Source: Lytechinus pictus
Lineage: Eukaryota
DNA: 64,000 nucleotides
Reading direction: 5' to 3'
Assembly (NCBI RefSeq): GCF_037042905.1
Contig: NC_087248.1
Span: forward strand, 25,048,001 to 25,112,000
Positions 37,755-52,245 of this stretch are shown piece after piece. The notes under the pieces were generated by a model, which saw nothing but the letters and a program-made list of their open reading frames with translations, had not been told where the DNA came from and made no database searches. Numbering within the stretch: position 1 is the first letter of the stretch; each line of letters opens with the position of its first letter. Position numbers and translations under genes: made by a program.

Positions 37755-38875
37755 CAGTTAAAATGGGTTCGGCTTACAGTACCAAAGTGAGGAGTCAGTG
37801 GTTACATATAAGGGCATATTAACATTCAACGTATTCAACATAAATGTTCACAACAAAAAGAGCGCACTGAAAAGCTTTATTGTAATCAAAGAAAATAATT
37901 ATAGAAAAAAAGTATTCCAGCGCTCAGTAACGGTTAAAGGTAAAACATTGCTAGAGCATGATTCAATTCCCATTGATGGAGAGAAACCCTTTCTTTTCAT
38001 AGGAAAAAAAAAATCCTCCTATGTATTCAGAAAAGATCAATAAAAAACGATACCTGGCTTATTTTTTTTCTCTGAGCATTGCGTAGATAAAATTTATCTC
38101 TCTAAAAAAAATAAGGTACAATAAATCGTCGAATGTTATATCGCTACATTTGGAATAATGTAAGCATCTTATACAAATACAAAAACTCATTTAAGAGGTA
38201 TTCTGAATTTTAAAATCGTTCCTTCTTCATTTAAATATCTAAGATTCAGGATATTTTTGTGATGCAATGCATCGACCAGTTCATGGTCATAGACAGAAAA
38301 CAGAGGTAATATTCTGCGCTTTTTGTCTATGCTATTGGGATCTCGTCGTACAAACTTTCGTCTCATATCTAGAAGTTCTCAGTACTTTCTAATGTTTCTG
38401 TGTACAAGACCATTTTATTTTGCTATGAAATAATGTTTGCCGTATACACATGAGCATGTTTATGTATATGTAACACAACAAATGGGTTTTCATCAACTTT
38501 TATCAGCATGAGATAATATCGACCATTTGCGTCAGGAATCGTTCACGTTTTAGCTCATAAAACCATTCTCCACTGAAACCTAGGATACCTTGAAAGCACA
38601 GCGATCCATGTGAAAATCAAATCTTTCATTTAGTTTCTCGCATATATTTTACTGTACTGTGCACACTATATTTGTTCTTTGGTTTTGAAAAAAAAAGATC
38701 GTTTATGCCAAGTTTCGACTGGGTGATAATACCAGTCATTTTTTTTCTCACGTTTGAATATTATCTTTGCTAAACAAGATAACCTGAATATAAGAGAGGC
38801 GATTGTATTGTCCTATTATATTTATCCAATTGGTAATAACTCGTAGATAGAGTACAGTAATAATGAACAATATTG

Positions 38876-40637
38876 CAGTGCTTCCACAACTTAAAACTGG
38901 AATTCCTTATTTGAGTTCCAAAATGTCCTTAAATTTTGGACAAAATTCCTTGAATTAGAGTCTGGAGAAAAACTGTCTATATTTTTGCGTTACAAGCCTA
39001 GTTGTTTCATTGATCATGTAGAATGTTGCATACATGTATCAAGTTGCTGTATGATCAGGCACAGAGAAGAAAGTAAAGAAACAGAACTAACATAAACGTC
39101 TTTACGCACAGTATGGTAGTCAGTGGCGCGCCGTGGGTCATGGCATCGGGGGGCACAAGCAAAAATGTTGAGTCACTTAGTGGGCGCGCGAAGCGCGCTC
39201 AATTGCCACGTATAACCTAATAAAGATATTTTAAGGACGGTTTCATTAAATGGTTATGTATCTCACTTATTAAATAATGTGAGCGCGAAGCGCGAGCTGA
39301 ATTTTTTTTTTATTCAGACCTAAGAAAGGATATCACGGGCAAAGTTTTGTAATCATGATACGTATCTCTCTCACAAAACAAACAATGCGAGCGCGAAGTC
39401 ATCTAATGCGAGCGCCATGCAAGCGCTTGCTGATTTTGTTAAAATTACACCTTACCCATGAAACACCTTATGCAGTTATTGTAATCATGAACAAGATACA
39501 TATCTGACTACTCAACTTTGCGAGCGCGAAGCGCGTGCTGAAAATTTTTGAAATTCAGACCTGAAGAAGGGCATTCTCAGGCTTGTTTGTAGTAATTCAC
39601 TAAGACCTTTATACGTTTTTCATTAACCAAATGATTTTCCTCCGTTATTTTTTTTTGCCCCCGTAGTTACGCCACTATGGACTAAGCTATTGTGAGTTGT
39701 GTGCACTGAATTGCTGCCTGTAGCTATTGTTGGTTGTGTGCATTGAATTGCTGCCTGTATATAAGCCAGTTCGTAGTTCCTTTCTGCGCATGATCAAAAT
39801 GTTCTACGCATGATCAGGGGAAGGTCATTTGTACTGAAGTGACATGGTGGTTTGAAATCTAATGAGATAACCACCAACTTTGATGTCTTGATTATTTAAA
39901 TATTCTTTTGAATTGTGGTTTTCATTTACATCCACAAAAACAACAATGCGTCCACGAACGACTGGCATTTAACAGTTTGCCAAGTACATTGTGCAACGCA
40001 ACATGCTATGCATTCAAAGTAGGAATGCAACAAATACCTTCATAAATTAGAGTTCATTGGTGTGCTATTCGTGTTGATCACCTGGTCTATTCAATTTGCT
40101 CATCCTGCTATGTTAGGCAAGCTTACGTAATATCTTGCTTTGAAATCCGCCTATGATAATGAAAGAAATGAAAGGTCATTTGACCAAAATTGTCCATGAA
40201 GTAACTACGAACTGGTCTATTCAGTGCACACAACTCCCAATAGCTTAGTCCAGAGCTATAGTTATCACTGTGCGCACATGAAATACATGCCTCAGCATGC
40301 CAAGGAAAAAGAAAGTATAGCACATCAGCCGGCATATAAGAACATTTAAATAAATGTGGATTTAGTAGTCTGACATCCAGTCGTTTATTGTGTGAGAAAT
40401 TAAACATTTTTAAGATTCATCATTATTTTTTTCTTTATTTTCCTCATAACTCAATAAATTTCCTTGAATTCTCAGATTTCATTGGATTTCCTTAAATATT
40501 CCTATATATTCCTTGACTTTTTACATTTTTCCTTGTAATTCCTTGACTTGTCAAAATTCCTTTGAAAATCCCTGTGGAGTCGAAAGATCCTTAAAATTCC
40601 CTAAAACAAGGAAATTTCCTTGCATGTGGAAGCACTG
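38876..40637. mobile_element. hAT-type non-autonomous DNA transposon (1.76 kb)
   Basis: 13-bp perfect TIR CAGTGCTTCCACA / TGTGGAAGCACTG, 8-bp TSD CAATATTG / CAATATGG, subterminal TTCCTT repeats. Confidence 0.85.
39121..39677. mobile_element. Nested MITE-like element with GCGAGCGCGAAGCGCG subrepeats
   Basis: CAGTGGCG...CGCCACTA termini and five GCGCGAAGCGCG-type motifs; TSD not clear. Confidence 0.55.
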
Positions 40638-43600
40638 CAATATGGATGTACAGAATAATGAACAAAGTAACTTACGAATACATTCAGGATATTGTGTGCA
40701 ATCGTAATTAAATTTCCACACTTTGTGTATACATGAAGCTATCTGACTGTATTCTATTCATTAACAAAACAAATCAAGTATTAAAAAAAAAAATCTATTT
40801 CTCTGTCAAGGTTTTATTTTCATTCATTATATCAATCGAAAGTATTGAAAAGGCAAACACTACAAACTGTTTCCACAACATAATCATCTTGTTTTTACAA
40901 AAGGCCTTTTGATATTCGTGTAATATTCTTTGATTAAAACTGCCTCACCCCCTGTCTCGTTTCGATATCATTATACATTTCCTGTTGAATAATTCAGTTT
41001 TCATGATGAAACTGTCACTTGCATGGCGACAGAATAAAGATCTTGTACCAGCGTGACCAGTGTGCGAAAAATGGTTCTGATATGGTTCTCCTTTTTGCTA
41101 ATCTTGATATTTTTACCATGTTTCATCCAAAAATGATTCTGATTAGAAATCAATATTCTTTACACTGTCCAATCGCCATTTATTCAGCATTATGAACCTA
41201 TATATTTTTTTTACAATTATGGTTTTAAAACTTACTGAAAATGTCCAGGCACTTTTCGTTGTTTCGTTTGCCATTTAGGTACGCCATACCTTACTGCAAA
41301 CTAGTTCGTTGTGTTAGTATGGGGCGAATAATAGATTATTGGCCAGACAAATTCATTCGATGTGATACATTGATTGAATATAAATGATAGATGAGCGAAT
41401 CAAGCACATCTTACACATCTCACTAATTTTAGGTTTCAAAGTAAAATCCTATAGCAATGATAAAGAATCGTCAGATTTTACTTCAAACTGTAAAAGAAAA
41501 TAATAAGCAATTAGTTCTAAACTTTGAAGGGTACATTTCAATTTTGCAATGTATTTTCTGATGATATGGTTGTTTATTTAGGAGGGGGGTGATAATGTTT
41601 AAAAAAATAATAGTAATGAGAAACCTCGATTTCGAGAAATGCGATACGCATGGACGAGAATTTGGAAAAGTCGCAACTGTACCAACTCATATTTGTAAAT
41701 GTATCAAATGTACTGATTCATGACCATTCTGTTATGCCAAGATTGCCAACGATAATAATGATGATTATATCATTATTATTATCAATTTTGTGGTTATGAT
41801 TGTCGTCATCATTATCACCAATACTGCTAGTACTCCTCCAACTACGAGTTATAGGGCTTATTACGAATCATCCGCGTTCGCAGAGCGGGTATGGAGCGGG
41901 GGTGACCGCACCATTTCGAGAAAAACCGAGGGAATTTTTTTCAAAGGGTGGGTTGAGGTAGGGGAGTCAAATTAACGGATCCTTTCGGGACAACGGGGGG
42001 GGGGGGGGGGGGGCTTTTCACGAAAGGCTATTAGCTCTCCGAACCAGTTCGTTCTATGACAATTATTCATTTACCAATAACAACAGTTTATTATTGATAG
42101 ATTTTTAGCAATGGCGTACATAAAGAAGGGGGGGGGGGTGCCTACCACCCCACTTAATTTTTAAACGAGCAAGAAAAAGGGGAAAGAAAAGGAAACAGGG
42201 GCAGAGATGGAGAGAGGTCAAAATTTGACATTTCGTCAAAAATCTGATAGAAAATTGGATTTTCAAACGCATTAACCTTAAAAAACCTTCATATTCATAA
42301 CTTAAATGAAAGAGGAAGTTCAAACGGCGTATCACCAACTTATTGACAATTTGTGTTTTTGCGCGAGTAACTTCCTTTTTGTTTGTTTCGGAAGAGTCTG
42401 GTTTTTCCCCTTTTTTTTGTCAAAAATAAGTTTTTTTCGCTATTGTGTCAAGCAATTTGCAGCAATAGTCGCACTTTTGGTAAGACAAATAAAATATACG
42501 TAACAAATAGCAGAAAAATGGTTATTGTTTTGTACAAGAATTGAACTTTGCAGACCCTAATAAATATTGCATAAAACATATCCTAAAAGAGTACTGTATT
42601 AAAGATAGCAAATAAAGATCAGTAGTATATTCAATAGAAAACAAAACTATGTGCTCACAGAACGGAATTTTGTATTGGGAATGACGGTCGCAAATCATTT
42701 GTGACCAGCCCTTCCAAAGTCAACACGTTATTTAGTGGGCCTGTTCGTACAGCTACAACTAAAACTCTTGTAAATCTAACGTGCCTAAACAAAACAACAT
42801 TTGAATAAATAATCATTCCTTCAAATACAGCAACAACTTAAGCCACGTTCCCTTTTAACCAACATAATACTGAAGTTTCATATTTCCTATTGTGCCAGAT
42901 ATTGTACACACTTTTTAAACAGTAAAGCATTTTACACAACCTGTGCTGTGTCGCTTTTTACCCAACGGCAACAACCATGTCCCCTTTTACCCAACATAAA
43001 TACTTAAAATGTTACATTCCTCGTTGTGTAAAACATATTCTGCACATTTGTTGAGTAAAATACTACGCATTTATTGTGAAATTGTTTACTCAACCTGTGT
43101 AGTGCCGTGCTTTACCCAACAACCGTGTTCCATTTTTACCCAACATAAATACTAAAGATTTTAAATTCTCCATTGTGTCAAATGTTCTGCACATTAGTTA
43201 AGTAAAATACGGCAAAAAACATATTCCCTTTTTACATAGGTAAAGGTTTTTTTTTACTGAATATTGAGCAATTATTTTTCAGAATGTAAATTTGAATTAA
43301 CGCTCTTGACAATACTAATCCTCTTCCAGCATTGAATTCGTACAAATCTTCCTAGTCACAAGCTTCACCTTTATGTAGAAAATTACAAAAAGTGTACAAC
43401 AATAGAGAATACCAAGTGCAGTCAAAGGAAACATATTTTTCACAAAGAATCGGTGAATGAAGTCGCATCATGTATTCAGACCGGAATGTTCGTACGATAT
43501 TCCAATATTGCCCTATTCCCATGGTTGTGTACGAAGCTTCATGCAGTCTTTCAAAGATATTTGAATATACACGCCTGATTTGTTTTCATATAAAATGGCA

Positions 43601-43857
43601 TTATTTGACTTGTGTCAGACAAGGGAACTCATAAATATTACGTCTGGATTTATCAATGGATAATAAACTACAATATGGCTAAATTAGTGTTAAATGTGAA
43701 CACTGGCATGCCCTTACCATTTGCGAGTGACGATATATAGTAGCTTTACTTACATTTGTCTTCGCACATATTCATATCCCTATATACATATGCCTAATAA
43801 TTTTTCTCTACATACTGTATGTATAAACAAACGTGTGTTATGTGATGGGGGGGGGGG

Positions 43858-44185
43858 GTTATTTCCTATTGTCTAATGCCAATTCGTCCATTTATCAACT
43901 CGTGTACTATCTATTGACCTACAATTAGTGGGTCCACCATCCACATGGTCTAATTGCCATTTCATCCACTCACAATTTTGTCCAAAACTATTTGGTTCGA
44001 TGGCAATTTACCAGTTGGCCTGATCGCACTTGGTGTTGATTGAGTGACATGAATAAAAAAAATAAATGGGTATCACACTAACTGGTTATCAGACGAAATG
44101 GTTATCGACGAAGTGGTGATTAGACGAAGTGATTATTTGACTAAATTGCTGTTGAACCAAATGGTTGTTAGACGAAATCGTGATG
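43858..44185. mobile_element. Foldback-type element of inverted ~15-bp subrepeats (second copy ~55022-55365)
   Basis: Left arm has CCA(T/A)TT(C/G)GTC(T/C)A-like repeats, right arm has TAGACGAAATGG-like repeats. Confidence 0.55.
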
Positions 44186-44314
44186 GATGGAAGGGCATTA
44201 GTCCAGGGGTGGCAAAACGTATTTTCGTCGGGGGGGGGGGGGGTGGCAAAGCCAAAAAAGCCACTTCTATGCCAAATTGGCATTTTGAAATGTGGAAACA
44301 GTTTAGATAATATT

Positions 44315-46010
44315 TTCATGTAGATGATTGACTGAATTTGTAGTAACTGTTTAATGAATGAACTTCCTTTTTACGTTGAAAATCCACCTCAAAAATATAT
44401 AAATGTACTTCTAACAAGATAATCTCAAGATAATTCTAACGAGAACTCAAAATTTCAAACACATAAATTCCCAACAGAAATATGAATTAAAATGTCATAC
44501 CTTAATGTTCACAGTTTAATGAATAAAAAGGATGAAATAGAGTTGTTTTTTAGAACCTAATCCATATGATATTTTTTTCAATGTCTGAAACCTGGTTGGA
44601 CAGTGATTTTCCCTCTGGAAGCTTACATAAATTATAAATGGATATGACTTAGAGAGAAAAGATAGAACTTGTGGAGCTGGTGGTGTTGGCTGCTGTATTA
44701 CATGTAAATCAAATATTACATATAAAAGGAGAAATGCCCTTGAAAATATTTCTTTGGAATTAATGTGGATAGAAATCCAAATAACCAATCAGAAATCATA
44801 CCTACTACATGTAGGTATTGTGTATTGTCCTCCCAAGGCAACAATAGATGTGTTGAAGAATTAGATAGAAGAATTAGAATATAACATTGAAAACATTTGC
44901 AATATAAGTAATTAAATACTAATCACAGGAGACATGAATTGTAATACGTTAACAAACAACCTTTGTCTCGGAAAATCACAGACTTGTGTGACTCCCTTCA
45001 GTTTAGACAAGTGATCACAAAACCAATTCGCATTACTCCATACAGTGAAACACTAATTGATCTTTTTCTTATATCTGATAGCCTGGGTACATTGCCGTGT
45101 GGTGTTCAATCGGTCGGTATAAGCGATCATTCCTTGATATATATAACAATCCCAAAGAAAAGAAATTGAAATCATATCCAAAGATTACAACTATAAGATC
45201 TTTTCGTAACTATGATACACAAAACTTCAAAGATAACCTTATATTATTAAACTTGGATGAACTCTTTTCAGACAAAGAAAACGTTAATATGATGCGGTTA
45301 ACTTTTTATAATAAGTTTGCTGAACTGTGTGACAAACACGCGCCTTATGTTAGTATAGGAAAAAAAAAGAATAAACCTGCTCCATATGTAATAAATGAAT
45401 ATTTGATTATTAGAAGAGACAGAGAATTTCACAAATCTAAATTCGACTATTGTAAATCTATTGGAGATGTAAAGAAAATGAGTTACTTTTGGTCTGAATG
45501 TAAACGTATTCGTAATGAAATTAATCAATATGAATAAAAAAATTAAAACGTAAATATTACAGCAATAAATTTAAAGATTTCTCAAGTGATCTGAAACAAA
45601 AATGGAAAACAATAAAAAAAAATTGCCAACAAGTAAAACCAATGATAAATATTATCTACTATTTGAGGGTAAAATCATAATGAATAGTAATAAAATTGGT
45701 AATGTTTTCCCTCTTATATTCAATACTGTAAGAGACATAATTAATTATTCAGACACACAAAGGACAGAAGCAGATGTTGGTGATGTAGATGATCCTTGCA
45801 TTAGAAACATACCCAATGTTGATACGATATTTTGTTTTAGAGAAATAAGTTAACAGTTTGTATTGAAAGAGCTTAAAAATATTGATACGACTAAAGTTTA
45901 TGGTCTCGATAACCTTCACCCTCGATTAATGAAATACGCTGCAGATTTTATTGCAGGACCTCTAATCTATATATTTAATTTTTCACTTAGAACTCGTTGT
46001 GTTCCAATTG
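44315..46010 (+). mobile_element. Decayed CR1-group (L2/Crack-like) LINE, APE region, truncated at a duplication junction
   Basis: LNVHSL...SMSETWL...GDMN...ITKPIRIT...IDLFL...GISDHSLIY; paralog of 55485-58050. Confidence 0.8.
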
Positions 46011-47109
46011 ATTTGTGACCAGCCCTTCCAAAGTCAACAAGTCCTTTGGTAAAAATCCCATTCGGTTCTGCTCTACACAGTCCTTAACAATGTTTGGTAA
46101 TTTAATAGTGAACGTGAACTACAATATTATGGCCTGGTAAGTAATTTTATATGCTCTAAAATGCGATTTTCGCATACATATTAATTTACGAAGGTCCTTC
46201 TCCCACACCCTTCCCCGCTCGGTTGCTTTGCTCCCACGCCGATCATCCCCCAATCATCACAAGAAATCGACTCCTATGGTAGAAATAGTATGAATGTTAA
46301 CATACATTCTTCCCAATGTTGGTAAATGATATAATGTATTTAAGGGCAGGATTTTTTTTTTGCAATCGGAATAATCATTAAATTCCTTAAGATGGCAACA
46401 CATCACACTCAATAGAAGCATGTAGCATTAAAATTGAAATATTGATGTTGCCAATTTGAGTAACATAATATAAATTTAACCCTTACACATAATAAAATAA
46501 TTTGTTTTCTAAATGTGTTATTCAGTCGGCCTGTTCGTACAGCTACAACTAAAACTCTTGTCAATCTAACATGCCTAAACAAAACGACATTTGAATTAAT
46601 AATCATTCCTTCAAACACAGCAACAACTTAAGCCACGTTCCCTTTTAACCAACATTATACTACAGAGTTTCATATTCCTATTGTGCCAGATATTCGGCAC
46701 ACTTTTTAAACAGTAAAACATTTTACACAACCTGTGCTGTGTCGCTTTTTACCCAACAACAACAACAACAACCATGTTCCCCTTTTACCCATCATATTCA
46801 TAAATACTTAAAATGTTACATTACTCGTTGTGTAAAACATTTGTTGAGTAAAATACTGCACATTTATTCTGAAATAAATTACTCAACCTGTGTAGTGCCG
46901 TGTTTTACCCAACAACCGTGTTCCCTTTTTACCCAACATAAATACTAAAGATTTTACATTCTCCAGTGTGTCAAATGTTCTGCACATTAGATAAGTAAAA
47001 TACTGCAAAAAAAAAAACATGTTCCCTTTTTACATAGGTAAAGGGGTTTTTTTAAACTAAATATTGATCAATTATTTTTCAGAGTGTAAATTCGAATCAT
47101 CGCCCTTAA

Positions 47110-47699
47110 AGGCCAAGTCCACCCCAGAAAGTTGTTAAATGAATCGATAGAGAACAATCAAACAAACATAATGCTGCAAATTTCATCAAAATCGGATGTA
47201 AAAAATAAAGTTTTGGCATTTTTAAGTTTCGCTTATATTTCACAAAACAGTTAAATGCACGACTCAGCGATATGCAAATGAGAGTCGATGATGTCCCTCA
47301 CTCACTATTTCTTTTGTTTTTTATTATTTGAATTATACAACATTTCAATCTTTGAAGATTTGACAATAAGGACCAACTTGACTTAACCATAAGCTGTTAA
47401 AATAATGGTAACTCCACATGTTCAGGGAGTAATAAAATTTTGTTTCACATGACAATGAGGAGAGAATGAGAATATTTCATATTTCACATAATAAAATACA
47501 AAAGGAATAGTGAGTGATGTCATCAGTTCCCTCATTTGAATACTGATTAGGATGTGCATATAACTATTTCGTGAAATTAAGCGAAACTTTAAAATGTCAT
47601 AACTTTCTTATTTTACATCCGATTTTGATGAAATTTTCAGTGTTTTGCTTGTTAGATTTTTCTCCTTTTATTCAAATCAACTTTTTGGTGGGGTGGACT
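47110..47699. mobile_element. TTAA-targeting (Kolobok-like) MITE with long imperfect TIRs
   Basis: TTAA|AGGCCAAGTCCACCCC...GGGGTGGACT|TTAA; empty sites in copies A (~43305) and D (~54465). Confidence 0.8.
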
Positions 47700-47871
47700 T
47701 TAACAATACTAATCCTCTTCCAGCATTGAATTCGTAAAAAGCTTCTACAGTGTATAAGCTACAAACTTCGCCTTCATGTAGAACATTACAAAAAAGTGCA
47801 TTACAATAGAGAATACCAAGTGAGATCAAAGGAAAAATATTTTTTTTTATAAAGAATCGATGAATGAAGTC

Positions 47872-48401
47872 CCCGAAGGGGGGGGGGGGCAATCAGTATA
47901 TAATGCATAGTGTGTATGTGCCGCGGAGGGGACCCCGATTTTTCACTCAATTTTCCGTTTCGAGGCATAGCATTTTTGTCTTATTGAGAAAAAGAACAAA
48001 GGAAGCCGCTCCAAAGCATAGCATTTTCTTCTTTTCGAGAAAAAAAGAATAAAAAAGTCCCTCTCCAGGGCTTCGCATATTTTCCGTTACGCCGTTCCGG
48101 TCGCAATTTTGGTGAAAAGCGGACGCAGCTCGCTGTCCGACCATCTCCTCTGCGCTAGCGCACCCGTCCGTCGTGCCGCCGGGTTAGCTGCTGCATGCAC
48201 GTTCCATAGGGATGCATACGCACTCGCACGCAGGCGACCCGTTCCAAGGACCCCCGTTTTCACAAACGTTTGTAGTTCCGAAGCCCGTTCCGAAGACCCT
48301 CCTTTTTACAATAAGCCCGCTCCAGGGCCCCCGTTTTTTGTCTCGCCCGCGGCACATACCTACTACTTTTTTTTGGTCGAGTGCCCCCCCCCCCCCCCGG
48401 G
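47872..48401. mobile_element. 530-bp GC-rich non-autonomous DNA transposon with CCCG-poly(G) TIRs and 8-bp TSD
   Basis: ATGAAGTC|CCCGAAGGGGGGGGGGGGCAATC...GAGTGCCCCCCCCCCCCCCCGGG|ATGAAGTC; empty site at ~43457; left end also at ~51104. Confidence 0.85.
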
Positions 48402-50392
48402 ATGAAGTCATATCATGGCCACTACATGTATTCAGACGGGAATGTGCGAACAATATTCCAATATTGCCCTATTCCCATGGTTGTGTACGAAGCTCCAAGC
48501 AGTCTATCAAAGATATTTGAATATACACGCCTGATTTGTTTTCCTCTAAAATGGCATTATTTGACTTGTGCCAGACAAGGAAAGTACAAATATTACGTCT
48601 GGAACTATCAATGGATAATAAACTACAATATGGCTAAAAATGGTCTGAAAATGAGAGTTAAATGTGAACACTGGCATGCCCTTAGCATTTGCGAGTGACG
48701 GTATATAGTCTCCAGTATCACTATATACATACGCCTAATATTTTTTCTCTACATACTGTATGTATACATAAACGTGTGCACTAGCGTACCTACGGGGGAG
48801 GGGGGGGGGCAGTCTGCCCCCCCCCCCCCCCTGACGAGCTTGAGTACCTTTTTTTTTTTGCTTGTCAGTTTTTTTTTTCGGTACGAAATCCTTTATTTGT
48901 GTATTCAAACGGTGTATCACCAACTTATTGACAGTTATTCATGTTTTTGCACGAGTACCTTCCTCTTTGCTTGATTCGGATGAGTCTGGTTTTCCCCAAT
49001 TTTTTGGATTTCTGTAAAAAAAAATGAGTTTGTTCTCGCTCTCGTGTCAAGCAATTTGCAGCAAGAAAAACACATACATAACAAACAGCAGAAAAGGGTT
49101 ATTGTCTTGTACAAGAATGGGACATTGCAAACCCTAATTTTTTTTTGCATAAAACAGATGCTAATAGAGTACTGTATTAAAGATAGCAAATAAAGATTAG
49201 TATTGTATTCAATGGAAAAAAAATACTATGTGCTCACAGAACGGAATTTTGTATTGGGAATGACGCTCTCAAGTCATTTGTGACCAGCCCTTCCAAAGTC
49301 AACAAGTCCTTAGGTAAACATCCCATTAGGTTCTGCTCTACATAGTTCTTAACAATGCGATTTTCGCATACATATTAATTTACGCATGTCCTCCTCCCAC
49401 ACCCTTCCCCGCTCGGCTGCTTTGCTTCAACGCCGATCACCTCCCAATCATCACAAGTAATCGACTCCAATAATAGACATAGTGTGAATTTTAACATACA
49501 TTCTTCACAATGCTGGTAAATGACATAATGTATTTAAGGCTATGATTTTTTTTGCATTTATAATAATCATTAAATCATTAAGATGGCAACACATTAAAAG
49601 TTAAAGATCACCCTTTTTCATTTAAATTTGAAGTAAAAAAAAATCGAAGTTCCTAACCATGTGTGTTCGTTTCAAACACATCACACTCAATTAGAAGCAT
49701 GTAGCATTAAAATTGAAATATTGGTGTTGCCAATTTGAGTAACATAATATAAATTTAACCCTTACACATAATAAAATAATTTGTTTTCTAAATGTGTTAT
49801 TCTATTCAGTCGGCATGTTCGTACAGCTACAACTAAAACTCGTGTAAATCTAACGTGCCTAAACAAAACGACATTTGAATAAATAATCATTCCTTCAAAT
49901 ACAGCAACAACTTCTGTCACGTTCCTTTTTTACCAACATAATACTGAAGTTTCTTTTTTCTCTATTGTGCCAGATATTCGGCACACTTTTTAAACAGTAA
50001 AACATTTTACAAAACCTGTGCTGTGTCGCTTTTTACCCAACAGCAACAACAACAACAACCATGTTCCCCTTTTACCCATCATATTCATAATTACTTAAAA
50101 TGTTACATTCCTCGTTGTGTAAAACATTTGTTGAGTAAAATACTGCACATTTATTCTGAAATAAATTACTCAAGCTGTGTAGTGCCGTGTTTTACCCAAC
50201 AACCGTGTTCCCTTTTTACCCAACATAAATACTAAAGATACATTCTCCATTGTGTAAAATGTTCTGCACATTAGATAAGTAAAATACTGCAAAAAAAAAA
50301 CATGTTCCCTTTTTACATAGGTAAAGGGTTTTTTTTAAACTAAATATTGATCAATTATTTTTCAGAGTGTAATTCCGAATCTTCACCCTTAA

Positions 50393-50931
50393 AGGCCAAG
50401 TCCACCCAAGAAAGTTGTTAAATGAATCGATAGAGTAAAATCAAACAAACATAATGCTGCAAATTTCATCAAAATCGGATGTAAAAAAATAAAGTTATGG
50501 CATTTTTAAGTTTCGCTTATTTTTCACAAAACAGTTAAATGCACAACTCAGCGATATGCAAATGAGAGTCGATGATGTCCCTCACTCACGATTTCTTTTA
50601 TTTTTTTATTGTTTGAATTATACAACATTTCAATCTTTGAAGATTTGACAATAAGGACCAAATTGACTTAACCATAAACTGTTAAAATAATGGTAACTCC
50701 ACATGTTCATGGAGTAATAAAATACAAAAGGAATAGTGAGTGATGTCATCAGTTCCCTCATTTGAATACTGACTAGGATGTGCATATAACTATTTTGTGA
50801 AATTAAGCGAAACTTTAAAATGTCATAACTTTCTTATTTTACATCCGATTTTGATGAAATGTTCAGTGTTCTGCTTGTTGGATTTTTATCCTTTTATTCA
50901 AATCAACTTTTTGGTGGGGTGGTCTTGTCCT
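50393..50931. mobile_element. TTAA MITE, same insertion as 47110-47699 duplicated in copy C
   Basis: TTAA|AGGCCAAGTCCACC...GGTGGTCTTGTCCT|TTAA with the same flanks. Confidence 0.8.
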
Positions 50932-51301
50932 TTAACAATACTAATCCTCTTCCAGCATTGAATTCGTAAAAAGCTTCTACAGCGCATAAGCTACAATCTT
51001 CGCCTTTATGTAGAAAATTACAAAAAAGTGCATTACAATAGAGAATACCAAGTGAGATCAAAGGAAATTTTTTTTTTTTTATAAAGAATCGATGAATGAA
51101 GTCCCCGAAGGGGGGGGGGAGGGGGGGGGGGGCACTCAGTATGTGGGTATGTGCCGCGGAGGGGATGTTGCACCCACAAACGTAATAACGCCCACAAATG
51201 TAATAACACTTTATCCACAAATGTAATACATTTGAAGGGATTTTTGGCGAATCCGTTCTAAACTAAAATCCTACAGTAACGCGTTCATAAAGCACAAAAG
51301 T

Positions 51302-52245
51302 GCAAAGTCTTTTTTCCAGACCCGGTAAATAAAACTTTATAGTACAAGTCCAAAGTCTTTTTCCAGACCCGGTTGTTTCAAAATTATAATATACGTCCAA
51401 AGTCTTTTTTTCCAGACCCGGTTGTTACAAAAATTATAATGCAAGTCCAAAGTCTTTTTTCCAGACTTGGTTGTTTCCAAAATTATAATATATAAGTACA
51501 AAGTCTTTTTTTCAGACCTGGTTGTTTAAAAAATTATAATATAAGTCCAAAGTCTTTTTCCAGGCCCGGTTATAACAAAAATTATAATATGAGTCCATTC
51601 TTTTTTTCAGACCCGGTTGTTTCAAAAATTATAATTTAAGTCCAAAGTCTTTTTCCAGACCCGGTTGTTTCAAAAGTTATAATATAAGGCCAATTTTTTT
51701 CCAGACCCGGTTAATTCAAAAATTATAATGCAAGTCCAAAGTCTTTTTTCCAGACCCGGTTGTTTCAACAATTGTGTGTGTGTGTGTGTATTTGAGTTTT
51801 GTCAGACGCGTATCAATCAGATATGATTATTTACATCTGGGACCGACCTTTAACATCACCATCCGAAAGACATGACCAGGGCTCGAACCTCTGCATCAAT
51901 TTGTAACTTCCCCAGAGCTTGGATTACAGGCGCACGCCACAACGCCCAGTTGTTGTTGTTGTTGTTGTTTTAGCTTATACCGGCGGCGCGTGTCATTCAG
52001 TGGTGAATATTTGCGCCAATTATAATATAAGTTATAATATAAGTCCAGAGTCTTTTTTTAGACCTGGTTGTTTAAAAAGTTGTAATATAAATCCAAAGTC
52101 TTTTTTTCAGACCAGGTTTTTTCAAAAATTATAATATAAGTCCAAAGTCTATTTTCCAGACCCGGTTGTTTAAAAAATTACAATATTAAATCCAAAGTCT
52201 TTTTTCCACACACAGTTATTTCAGAAATCTTAATATAAGTCCAAA
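51302..52245 (+). repeat. ~49-bp minisatellite, about 14 copies, interrupted by a SINE; degenerate units continue to ~53900
   Basis: Consensus AAGTCCAAAGTCTTTTTTCCAGACCCGGTTGTTTCAAAAATTATAATAT. Confidence 0.9.
51773..51951 (-). mobile_element. 7SL (SRP RNA Alu-domain)-headed SINE with (CA)n tail, copy 1
   Basis: Minus strand AACTGGGCGTTGTGGCGTGCGCCTGTAATCCAAGCTCTGGGGAAGTT, B box GGTTCGAGCC, GTCTTTCGGATGGTGATGTTAAAGGTCGGTCCC core, (CA)n. Confidence 0.75.

Noticed and set aside
47864-48698. Several GC-rich ORFs suggesting a gene or CpG-island promoter
   Set aside because: They lie in or start within a TSD-flanked 530-bp transposon and its poly-C/G termini.
51302-52245. Regular ~49-bp repeats as a CRISPR array
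   Set aside because: Units are contiguous with no unique spacers, there are no cas genes, and the context is eukaryotic; it is a minisatellite.
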